Shown: positions 1-8,075 of the stretch, in pieces
Position numbering within the stretch: the stretch's first letter is position 1
How the letters are laid out: every line of letters starts with the position of its first letter
Assembly (NCBI GenBank): GCA_043824495.1
Contig: JBDRSV010000021.1
Location: 1-12,532, forward strand
Origin: Candidatus Aenigmatarchaeota archaeon
GTDB lineage: Archaea > Aenigmatarchaeota > Aenigmatarchaeia > QMZP01
Length of the DNA: 12,532 nt
Reading direction: 5' to 3'
The notes under the pieces: generated by a model
Told to the model about the DNA's origin: nothing
Database searches by the model: none
Seen by the model: the letters and a program-made list of their open reading frames with translations, nothing else
Translations under genes and position numbers: made by a program

Positions 1-7
1 ATTTGGA

Positions 8-1645
8 ATGCTTTGGGTTATTGTATTACTTTTCTTACTGTTAGTTGTATCTTTCGCTGGCTTAGCACAAGCAGATCCACAAGTTGAATGTGGCTCTACA
101 CCTACAGATGGATGTGTGGTCACAACCGACACCACATTCACCCCAGGAACATACATTTTACCTAACGGTATTTCCTTAGGAGCAAATGACGTTACAGTGG
201 ATTGTAATGGAGCTACATTAAGAGGTAGTTTCAGTGTTTCAGCCGCGGGCATTTTCATGGACAGTAAAAGCGGTAACACTATAAAGAATTGTGTTATTGA
301 ATTTTATGATGCGGATGATTTTTCAACTGCTCTTCAGATAATAAGCTCGGATAACAACATAATAGAAAATAATGTGATTCAGTTTAATCGCCATGGAGCT
401 TGGTTAATGTTAGGATCTTCTAGTAACGAGATAAAAAATAATAACATTAAATTTAATAACGGTGACGGAATTAAACTTCAGGGCGTTTCAGGAAACGACG
501 TTTACCAAAACAATTTAATAGATAACGTGAATCAAGTATCCGACACGGAAACAAACAATTGGGACGGAGGAGATTACATGATCGGTGGAAACTATTGGAG
601 TGATCATCCTTGTGCTGATACAGAAGAGCCTTATGATATTTGTGACAATATCTATACTTCAGGATTAGTTACAGATAATTTCCCTTTCGAATTCCAGGAT
701 GGGTGGGATCTAAATAGACCTCCTATAATGAATACAATTACAAATAAGAATGTGAACGAAGGACAGACACTTCAATTTACAGTGTCTGCAGTAGACCCTA
801 ACAGCGGAGATACATTATCATATACAGTTATATCGGGTCCAGGTTCTATGAATGGAAATCAATATTTGTACACACCTGGTTGGGATTCCAATCATAATAA
901 CGAGAATTATGGTATTACAATAGAAGTGGCTGATGTTCATGGAGGAACGGATAATGATACTTTCCAAATAACAGTTACCGATGTAAATAGAGCTCCAATA
1001 TTAACTGATCCTGAACCAAATTTAGTGATAAACGTTTTAGAAGGGGAAGTAGCAGTAATTTACGCTGATGCAATAGATCCAGAAGAAGATGAAATAATTT
1101 ATTCTGTTTCAGATCCTCAGGAAAAAACAGACTTTGTATTAACTGTTATTCAGAGTGCTCTTTTTGAATGGCAAACTGACTGTAATAGTGCTGGAACTTA
1201 TGAAGTCACAGTGATGGCAGAGGATGATATGAACCCACCAATGCATGATGATATACTTGTTACAGTTATAGTTGAAGAGGCATTAGCAGATTCTCCTAAT
1301 TGTGCTCCAATGTTATATCCGATCCGAGACATTAATTCAAATGAGAAGACCACAATAGTAATTTATCCAAAAGCCATTGATTTCGAAGGAGATCCAATAA
1401 ATTATAGTATTAATTCAACGTTGTTCACCTGGACAGGTTACTCTTGGTACTGGATTGTGAGTACCCATGATTCTGGGGAATACGATTTCACAGTGACTGC
1501 AGACGATGGACAAGTAAATCCAGTGACAGAACAAACAGTTCATGTTTCTGTGAGTAATACGTGCAGGATATTCAACAAGAAATTATGGATGTGGGATTGC
1601 GATCTTTATTATTTGAACCCAAGTAACCATGTAGCTCTCAAATAA
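8..1645 (+). CDS. Secreted right-handed beta-helix (NosD/CASH-like) protein with three cadherin-like Ig repeats; may be 5'-truncated by the window edge
   Basis: Hydrophobic signal peptide ending AQA; Asn-ladder repeats (NTIKNCVI, NIIENNVI, NEIKNNNI, NDVYQNNL) closed by the NosD-type GGNYWSD motif; three N-x-(A/P)-P...E...D-x-(D/E)...D repeats. The frame is open upstream of the ATG (ttt gga atg) and the signal lacks a basic n-region, so the true start may precede position 1. Confidence 0.8.
   Translation: MLWVIVLLFLLLVVSFAGLAQADPQVECGSTPTDGCVVTTDTTFTPGTYILPNGISLGANDVTVDCNGATLRGSFSVSAAGIFMDSKSGNTIKNCVIEFYDADDFSTALQIISSDNNIIENNVIQFNRHGAWLMLGSSSNEIKNNNIKFNNGDGIKLQGVSGNDVYQNNLIDNVNQVSDTETNNWDGGDYMIGGNYWSDHPCADTEEPYDICDNIYTSGLVTDNFPFEFQDGWDLNRPPIMNTITNKNVNEGQTLQFTVSAVDPNSGDTLSYTVISGPGSMNGNQYLYTPGWDSNHNNENYGITIEVADVHGGTDNDTFQITVTDVNRAPILTDPEPNLVINVLEGEVAVIYADAIDPEEDEIIYSVSDPQEKTDFVLTVIQSALFEWQTDCNSAGTYEVTVMAEDDMNPPMHDDILVTVIVEEALADSPNCAPMLYPIRDINSNEKTTIVIYPKAIDFEGDPINYSINSTLFTWTGYSWYWIVSTHDSGEYDFTVTADDGQVNPVTEQTVHVSVSNTCRIFNKKLWMWDCDLYYLNPSNHVALK
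713..1555 (+). repeat. Three tandem cadherin-like/Ig-like protein repeats (about 90-105 aa each)
   Basis: Units begin at 713 (NRPPIMN...EGQTL.FTVSAVDPNSGDTLSY), 986 (NRAPILT...EGEVAVIYADAIDPEEDEIIY) and 1298 (NCAPMLY...EKTTIVIYPKAIDFEGDPINY). Confidence 0.8.
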
Positions 1646-1694
1646 TTAGATAATTGTAGCTAAAGTATAACATTTACTAATTCTTAATCTACAT

Positions 1695-1714
1695 AATATA
1701 AAGAGTATTTGGAG
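1695..1714 (+). promoter_or_regulatory. Candidate archaeal TATA box for the surface glycoprotein gene (plus a GGAG element)
   Basis: TATAAA at 1697-1702, 25-30 nt upstream of ATG 1727; GGAG at 1711-1714. Confidence 0.45.
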
Positions 1715-1726
1715 ATGTAGTTAGCT

Positions 1727-4700
1727 ATGCGATTAAAACTCGCGATTTCACTCGTGGTTGCAGTAATTTTGTTCTTATCAGTTACTAGTATTTACGCTCC
1801 ACAGTCCAGTGAACCTGTTATTCAGCAATATTGCACAGAATTTTTTTCATGTTTAGAGAATGGAACAGGAATAACATGCCAATGCGACCCTATAAATAAA
1901 AGTGATAATATATACGTAAACGGGTCCATCGGAAGTTATTTGGTCACAACATCGGGCACAGGATCTGCTATAATCAATGCTTCTTTTAATCAGAGTAGTA
2001 TTCCAGATGGAAGTAATATAACAAATGTTACATTGTTTATGGAGTGGGCTTCTAGTCATGACACAAGCGTAACGTGTTCAATCGAACTTTATACTGGAAC
2101 ATGGGAAATAGTTAATACCACATGTTTAACTACAGAGGACAACTATTCATATAATTTAAATTCCTTTATAGACACCGAGATAAAAGCCGAAAGTTTAATG
2201 ATAAGAGTTAATGTGACAAGTCTTAGTGGAACCAGATGGTTGATATTAGATAATATTTATGTCAACGTTACATACCTCCCGCCACATAGAACAAACAACT
2301 ATAACTTAACATATTCTAATGGTAGTATTGTTCCTGATGGGTTGGTAGTGTATAGGAATGAGACATTTAATGCATCTGCTTATTGGGAGACTGATAATGT
2401 TTACAATGCGCTTGTTGAACACAATGGAACAGGAAGCTTTGTGAATTATAGTTTTAATGAGAGTGCAGGATTCTATCCGCTTACTGGCAACTGGTCTAAT
2501 TATACATTAAATTTAAGCAATGGTACACTGTTTTCCACTCCTGGTATCATCGTATTTAGAATGCACACGGAGGATGAATATGGTCAATGGAATAGTACAC
2601 AGGTTGATCACTACTTGGCTTTGTGGGGAGAGAATCAGTTGACTAATCTAACATTCGATTCTACTACACTTATCAATGGTTCTAGTTCTGTTGTTTATTG
2701 TAATGTAAGTGATGTGAATACATCTGCTGCTATTGGTGGTTACAATGTATCCTTCTATCAAAACGATGTCCTGTGGAATTATTCTCTTACAAATGCTAGT
2801 GGTATATCCAATGTAACTTATGTGGATAGTTCAACTGCAGCTCAGAATATTACATTCAAATGTAATATAACATCTGATTCTAGCTTGTTCTACTTCTCAT
2901 CATCAGTGTACGAACAGTCAAGTAATGTCAGCATAGTGACGATTAACACAATAAATATGACAGTAAATTATTCCATCTATAACAGAGGAGAAAACGTGAC
3001 ATTCGTTTTGCTAGATAACTATAACAATACAATCAGCAATGTTTCTTGGAACATTACGTGGATTAATTATACTGAAACTGTGGAGATTATTTATGACCAA
3101 ACAAACGAAACTTATTATCATACAATAAGCGACACTGAAAACGTAGGGAATCATACAGTGCTAGTTAATGTAACTAAGAATGGAGAATATTTTCAATCTA
3201 ATTGGACATTTAATATAAGCTCAACTCTTATAGCTAATTTTTCTTATCCACCAGAAAACACAACGTATGTTATAGACACACCTATAGCTGATCCTCAAGT
3301 TCAAGTTTTCAATATAAGAAATGAAAGTTTGGGATATAGCATCACATCGGTTTTTGACTGTCCTGGTGTAGGTACGGTAGCACTGTCAACACAAGATTAT
3401 GTGATTTATAATTCAACAACGGATTGTGATGCCCCTTCAGCAGCAGGAGCGTTTAACTTAATAGCGAGAATGGGAGTTATTGGAGACTCGAGGAACAATT
3501 TAAATGTTACCTTGTCTTTGATAGCTGTTAATCCTGGACAGAGTGTTAGATACTCCAACATAACTTATGCGTCTAATGGGACAAACATAACCGATGGCGA
3601 TCAGTTCTATAGAAGTGATATTCTTAATATTACAACTTTCTGGAATACCAGTAACGTAACACTTGCCTATGTAGAACACAACGGAACAGGAAGTTTTGTG
3701 AACTACACGGTGAATGATACTAATGCTTCTGGTTATTATCCTACTTTGGGTAACTGGAGTAATGGAACTCTTAATTTAAGTGATTTCACAAGATTCCTAA
3801 AAGCAGGTAATATAGTTGTTAGAATGCATGCCCATGATGTATATGATCAAACAAATTCAACAGTAGATCATAATTTCTCTTTCTGGGGAGATGCCAATGT
3901 TTCTGACTTTGATTATGATGGTTCTTCGATAATCAATGGAAGCAGCATAAACTTCTATTGTAATGTAAGTGATGTCAACACGTCTTCAATACTAGAAAAT
4001 TATAATGTGACTTTCTATCAAAATGGTGTTCAGTTTAATTATTCTCTTACAAACTCAAGTGGAATAGCTACTGGGTTGTACACTGATAGTTCCACAGTTA
4101 ACCAGAATATTACTTTCAAATGTAACATAACAGATCATGCTCCAGTTTTCTATAATAATTCAGCTGGAAGTGAAGCAGGATCCAATGTGAGTGTAGTCAC
4201 CTTGAGTACAATCAACTTAACAAACAACATGACAGTAAGTAATGCGACCGTGTATAACCGGGGAGAGAACATGACTATAGCTGTTCTGGACTCTGATAAT
4301 AATACTGTGAATTCTCTTTCATGGAATGTGACCATTGTCAAGTTTAATGAAACCGCAAATATCACGTTCAGCCAGACAAATGATACATACACATACACAC
4401 TGAATACAACGGAACCAGTTGGTAATTATTCTATATTTGTGAATGTGAGTAAAGGAGGAAACTATTTGGAGACCAACTGGACATTTAATGTGTCTAATGA
4501 ATTGTCAGCAACATTCTACAAACCACTTGAAGGCTCGTCAATAGCTACTAGTGGAATCATAACAGATCCTGTTGTTGTGATATTAAATGCTAGAAGTGAA
4601 AACTTGAGCTACATTGTTAATGTTTCTGTAGAATGTCCTAATACTGGTGGATCACTTGCTAACACAACAGCTAATGCAACAAACACCACATATGAGAATG

Positions 4701-5971
4701 CAGGTTTAACATGCACTGCTCCTTCAAGTGCGGGGGCATTCCAGATTATTGCTAACACAAGTGATACTTCTGGTAATTTAGGTAACGGTACAGTGGGTCT
4801 AACAGCAACCGCTTCTGTTACAGTTGTTACTGGTGGCGGAGCTGGTGGAGGATCAGCTCAGCCACTCAACTGCACTTGTGATGAATGGGTAAGTCAGGAA
4901 TGTGGAGCTGGTGGATGTGATGTTAATTCCATATTCCAAACCAGAACATGTAGTCCTTCTGCTTGTTCAAATGAAACACGGTGTGTGGCTTCTCCAAGTT
5001 GTATTGGTGTTCGTGATTTCGAATTTAATGTGAGTACAGAAGAGATAACGGTAGTGCAAGGAAATAGTGATACTGTTGTGGGTTCTGTTATTAACACTGG
5101 AGATTTCTTATTGGATATGAATGTTACAATACAAGCTGATTGTTGTGAAATAAATCCTATTGAAGGATTCACATTAGAACCAAAGGAAACAAAAAATTTC
5201 CCTGTGAATATTCATGTTCCTCTATCACAAACACCAGGAACTTACGTAGCTACGGTACAAGCTATTACACGAACATTAACAAAAGAAAACTCGGTTAAGA
5301 TCATAGTTCAGCAGCATCCTTTGATACCTAAGATTAAACAGATGGAATCGAAGTTAGTGGAATTAGAAAGACTTATAGCAGATAGCAGAGACGCTGGTGT
5401 TCCTGTGGCTGAGTTAGAAGAGTTAGCAGGAAACATAGAAACTGCAATAGGATCAGCTAAAGAAGGGATACAACAAGACAATTTGGACAAGCTTGAATCT
5501 CAAATAAACTTCGCAGAGAGTAATGTAGGATTAATAGAAACACGATTGGCTCAATTGGGAATAGTTAAGATTCTGGCTGAAAATAAATTCGGGATAGGCG
5601 GAGCATTTTTATTTGGGTTGTTTTTTGCATATTTGTTTTCCCAGGTAGTGATTCCTTACATGAGACTGGGAAGAAGTATAGGAAAACTTCTAGGCGAAGA
5701 GAAAGAACTTGTTGGAACAAGACAAGCAACAGAAAAACAATATTTCACAAGAAGGATAGATGAAAAAACATTTAACACAATTATGATAAGTGGACAAGGT
5801 AAAATACTCAAAGCGCGTTCTCAGTTGAAAATAATGAAAGAAGAACGAAGCAGCTTGATTAAGGCAAGACTTACACCAAAGGCTTTGTTCAACTGGCTTA
5901 AGTCTGGACCAAAAAAACTTGGTGGAAAATTCAGAAGAAACAAGAGACAAGAATTCATGTTCCAAAGATAA
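1727..5971 (+). CDS. Giant single-pass cell-surface glycoprotein (S-layer/adhesin-like)
   Basis: Signal peptide; about 100 N-X-S/T sequons by hand count; duplicated beta-rich region; Gly linker (4832-4855); 8-Cys thrombospondin-like module (4871-5002, W..C..C...QTRTC); Ig-like NEW3/CARDB-type domain (V.NTG...PGTY); helical stalk (~5315-5560); TM helix (5588-5662); basic tail of about 100 aa. Confidence 0.85.
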   Translation: MRLKLAISLVVAVILFLSVTSIYAPQSSEPVIQQYCTEFFSCLENGTGITCQCDPINKSDNIYVNGSIGSYLVTTSGTGSAIINASFNQSSIPDGSNITNVTLFMEWASSHDTSVTCSIELYTGTWEIVNTTCLTTEDNYSYNLNSFIDTEIKAESLMIRVNVTSLSGTRWLILDNIYVNVTYLPPHRTNNYNLTYSNGSIVPDGLVVYRNETFNASAYWETDNVYNALVEHNGTGSFVNYSFNESAGFYPLTGNWSNYTLNLSNGTLFSTPGIIVFRMHTEDEYGQWNSTQVDHYLALWGENQLTNLTFDSTTLINGSSSVVYCNVSDVNTSAAIGGYNVSFYQNDVLWNYSLTNASGISNVTYVDSSTAAQNITFKCNITSDSSLFYFSSSVYEQSSNVSIVTINTINMTVNYSIYNRGENVTFVLLDNYNNTISNVSWNITWINYTETVEIIYDQTNETYYHTISDTENVGNHTVLVNVTKNGEYFQSNWTFNISSTLIANFSYPPENTTYVIDTPIADPQVQVFNIRNESLGYSITSVFDCPGVGTVALSTQDYVIYNSTTDCDAPSAAGAFNLIARMGVIGDSRNNLNVTLSLIAVNPGQSVRYSNITYASNGTNITDGDQFYRSDILNITTFWNTSNVTLAYVEHNGTGSFVNYTVNDTNASGYYPTLGNWSNGTLNLSDFTRFLKAGNIVVRMHAHDVYDQTNSTVDHNFSFWGDANVSDFDYDGSSIINGSSINFYCNVSDVNTSSILENYNVTFYQNGVQFNYSLTNSSGIATGLYTDSSTVNQNITFKCNITDHAPVFYNNSAGSEAGSNVSVVTLSTINLTNNMTVSNATVYNRGENMTIAVLDSDNNTVNSLSWNVTIVKFNETANITFSQTNDTYTYTLNTTEPVGNYSIFVNVSKGGNYLETNWTFNVSNELSATFYKPLEGSSIATSGIITDPVVVILNARSENLSYIVNVSVECPNTGGSLANTTANATNTTYENAGLTCTAPSSAGAFQIIANTSDTSGNLGNGTVGLTATASVTVVTGGGAGGGSAQPLNCTCDEWVSQECGAGGCDVNSIFQTRTCSPSACSNETRCVASPSCIGVRDFEFNVSTEEITVVQGNSDTVVGSVINTGDFLLDMNVTIQADCCEINPIEGFTLEPKETKNFPVNIHVPLSQTPGTYVATVQAITRTLTKENSVKIIVQQHPLIPKIKQMESKLVELERLIADSRDAGVPVAELEELAGNIETAIGSAKEGIQQDNLDKLESQINFAESNVGLIETRLAQLGIVKILAENKFGIGGAFLFGLFFAYLFSQVVIPYMRLGRSIGKLLGEEKELVGTRQATEKQYFTRRIDEKTFNTIMISGQGKILKARSQLKIMKEERSSLIKARLTPKALFNWLKSGPKKLGGKFRRNKRQEFMFQR
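2288..4815 (+). repeat. Internal tandem duplication, two units of about 420 aa (~1.26 kb)
   Basis: VEHNGTGSFVNY at ~2417 and ~3674; YCNVSDVNTS at 2699 and 3959; NYSLTN, QNITFKCNIT, YNRGEN, NWTFN and APS.AGAF each recur at a 1257-1287 nt offset; exact 20-nt match tattgtaatgtaagtgatgt in both units. Confidence 0.95.
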
Positions 5972-6010
5972 ACACAAAACTTCTTTAGGAGGCTTCTTAA
6001 TAATTAATAT

Positions 6011-6742
6011 ATGACAGAAAGAACCCGAGTTTCTACGGGAATCCACGGTCTTGACGAAAAAATGCAAGGCGGATTTTTTAGAGGAAGTGTAAACTTACTC
6101 ACAGGTAAGACTGGTACGGGAAAAACTGCTTTCTCCTCATCTTTTATTAGACATGGTGCTATGATAAACGAGCCAGGATTATATGTAACAACCGAACAAC
6201 GAGCGGAAGATATCAAAGGCGATATATTTTCAATGTTTAATTGGGATTTTGCAGAACTAGAAAAAAAGAGAATGGTTAAATTTATTTCGATAAAACCAAT
6301 ATTCCCATCAAGAACAACAGCATTAGAAGATGTGAATAAAATTGTTAAATTGTATATTTCTAGTATTCTAGATCAAGTTAAAACAAACATGGCTGAGATT
6401 AAAGCACAGAGAGTTGTAATAGATTCTATTTCTATAATTGAGATGTTCATAAGAGATGAATATTTATCAAGAGTGGCTTTAATGCAGTTAATAGATAACA
6501 TAAGACAAACTGGAGTCACGTCGTTAATAACAGGAACTATACCAGAAACATCAGAAGCTCTTTCAGGTGGAGGAATAGTAGAATATATAGTAGACTCTGT
6601 GGTCAAACTAGACTTCGTTCCTATTTCAGAAGAATTCAAAAGAACACTCACGATAAGAAAAATGAGAAGAACAGATCACTCAACAATGATACATCCATTT
6701 GAAATGGCAAAATTTGGAATACAATTAATTGAAATTGAGTGA
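6011..6742 (+). CDS. KaiC-like/RAD55-family RecA-superfamily ATPase 1 (single domain)
   Basis: N-terminal TGIHGLD, Walker A GKTGTGKT, Walker B RVVIDS, Arg finger RKMRRT, C-terminal HPFEM..FGI; carries EQ at the usual EE position. Confidence 0.92.
   Translation: MTERTRVSTGIHGLDEKMQGGFFRGSVNLLTGKTGTGKTAFSSSFIRHGAMINEPGLYVTTEQRAEDIKGDIFSMFNWDFAELEKKRMVKFISIKPIFPSRTTALEDVNKIVKLYISSILDQVKTNMAEIKAQRVVIDSISIIEMFIRDEYLSRVALMQLIDNIRQTGVTSLITGTIPETSEALSGGGIVEYIVDSVVKLDFVPISEEFKRTLTIRKMRRTDHSTMIHPFEMAKFGIQLIEIE
6108..6126. repeat. 19-nt exact inverted repeat shared with 10575-10593 (Walker A codons of both KaiC genes)
   Basis: agactggtacgggaaaaac at 6108-6126 is the reverse complement of gtttttcccgtaccagtct at 10575-10593. 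Confidence 0.9.
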
Positions 6743-6746
6743 AATT

Positions 6747-7175
6747 ATGGTTAACGGACGCGCTTTAATCGCAATTATTATTATCGCAATAGTTTTCTTA
6801 GTTGGAATAAAAGCTCTCAATGCAACATCAAGTAAAGTGTGCTCTATAGACATTGATTGTGTTATATACAAAACACAGTGTTGCACAGAGTGTGACATGG
6901 GTGAATCTGTGAGTAAATTCTATACCGGGCCATTAACAATAGAAAAAGCTGTTTACTGCTCTACAACAGTCATGTGTCCTAAGATGGATTGTATTGATTT
7001 ACCAATCATAGATCCGGTTTGCAATCAAAACATGTGTGATACAAAAATTAATTGTGAAAAAACATGCGATGCTCTACACAAACAATTAGAACAATTTGAA
7101 GGTAGAGAAGGATTCGAAGATTACATTCCTCAACGGATAGACGAATTTAATGAAGAATTCGGTTGCAATTGTTAA
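6747..7175 (+). CDS. Small membrane-anchored or exported Cys-rich protein (14 Cys), possible class III (pilin-like) signal peptide
   Basis: ATG at 6747, 4 nt after the KaiC1 stop, preferred over the overlapping TTG at 6729; MVNGRA-LIAIIIIAIVFLVG hydrophobic N-terminus; C.xDxDC...CC..C...C.....C....C...C....C...C...C...CNC pattern. Confidence 0.75.
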   Translation: MVNGRALIAIIIIAIVFLVGIKALNATSSKVCSIDIDCVIYKTQCCTECDMGESVSKFYTGPLTIEKAVYCSTTVMCPKMDCIDLPIIDPVCNQNMCDTKINCEKTCDALHKQLEQFEGREGFEDYIPQRIDEFNEEFGCNC

Positions 7176-7176
7176 T

Positions 7177-7227
7177 TCTGGAGTATTCCAAAAGAATCAT
7201 ATATAAGGGGTTTGGACTATTCATAAA
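7177..7227 (+). promoter_or_regulatory. BRE-TATA promoter of the wHTH-V4R-GGR-UbiA operon, flanked by two related semi-palindromic sites
   Basis: Purine-rich aaaagaa (7190-7196), then TATATAA (7200-7206) 23-29 nt upstream of ATG 7229; sites TCTGGAGTATTCCAAAA (7177-7193) and TTTGGACTATTCATAAA (7211-7227) match at 13 of 17 positions. Confidence 0.6.
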
Positions 7228-7228
7228 T

Positions 7229-7507
7229 ATGGAACTTTTTACAGAGACGAGAGAAATCAAAGACAAAAAAACAAAAGAGGTTTTTGAGGCTATAGTTTCT
7301 AATTGGCCAGCTAATCCAGTAGAGGTTGCTGGAGCTTTGGATGATGAAGGGAAAGTAAAGACATTATCAGCAAAATACTTGTATCATTTTAAGAAACTAG
7401 AAAAATTAAACAAAATCCAAATGAAGAAACTGGGAAATACTTACATAGCATGGCCTTCTGATGTGGAAAAGATTAGAGTAGCCCATGAAATTTTAAGAGA
7501 TGATTAG
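7229..7507 (+). CDS. Small winged helix-turn-helix protein (ArsR-like putative regulator), 92 aa
   Basis: Start reassigned to ATG 7229 from the promoter spacing; PVEVAGAL...LSAKYLYHFKKLEKLNKIQMKKLGNTYIAWP fits helix-turn-helix followed by a beta-hairpin wing. Confidence 0.65.
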   Translation: MELFTETREIKDKKTKEVFEAIVSNWPANPVEVAGALDDEGKVKTLSAKYLYHFKKLEKLNKIQMKKLGNTYIAWPSDVEKIRVAHEILRDD

Positions 7508-7508
7508 A

Positions 7509-8075
7509 ATGTTTGGAGTGATGAAAAAGCTTTTGATGGCAAGACAGATTAAATTTGAAGAGGGACGTATAGTGCTTTTTGGTCAGAGAATTTTCATGAT
7601 ACCAACGTATAGTTATATCACTTTACAATTGAAACTAGAAGAGTCTGGGTTAGCGCATTTAATTTATCATAGTACAAAAGATTTGGGAAAACAGTGGACA
7701 CTCGATCTTCAGAAAAACTACAAAACAAATCACAAGTATGTTGTAGATTGGGGAATAAACATAGTCAACCTAGCTGGATATGGTGTTGCTGAGACTGTTA
7801 AAGATGATCCAGAAAATAATCATTCTGCTTTTAGATTAAAAGATTCTGCTACTGCCGAATATGTGTTAAAGGCATTGAAAAAGAAAAGCGAATACCCTGT
7901 ATGCCATTTATTCAGAGGAATGATAACAGGAACGTTTTCCGTTTTATATAAAACAGATTTGGATGGGATAGAAACTAAATGTAAAGCAATGGGATATCCA
8001 CATTGCGAATTCATACTCAAACCTAAAAAAGAGTTTGACTTGACTGACAAACAAATCAAAAGGCAGTTAGGATGA
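7509..8075 (+). CDS. Stand-alone V4R (4-vinyl reductase) domain protein
   Basis: C-terminal PVCHLFRG...GIETKCKAMGYPHCEF matches the V4R C...E-x2-C-x7-C signature. The start is either ATG 7500 (overlapping) or ATG 7509 (1 nt after the wHTH stop, preferred). Confidence 0.85.
   Translation: MFGVMKKLLMARQIKFEEGRIVLFGQRIFMIPTYSYITLQLKLEESGLAHLIYHSTKDLGKQWTLDLQKNYKTNHKYVVDWGINIVNLAGYGVAETVKDDPENNHSAFRLKDSATAEYVLKALKKKSEYPVCHLFRGMITGTFSVLYKTDLDGIETKCKAMGYPHCEFILKPKKEFDLTDKQIKRQLG

Noticed and set aside
5987-5992. AGGAGG as a Shine-Dalgarno site for KaiC1
   Set aside because: 18 nt from the ATG, too far for a normal ribosome-binding site.
1853-6651. Minus-strand ORFs 1853-2059, 4150-4398, 4894-5172, 5308-5490, 5690-6067, 6004-6216, 6373-6651
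   Set aside because: Antisense shadows of well-supported plus-strand genes; no motifs or promoters.
6729-6746. TTG start at 6729 for the Cys-rich protein
   Set aside because: Overlaps KaiC1 by 14 nt; ATG 6747 gives a cleaner junction and signal peptide.
7163-7228. 22-aa N-terminal extension of the wHTH ORF
   Set aside because: Runs through the promoter and overlaps the upstream gene; ATG 7229 fits the TATA spacing.
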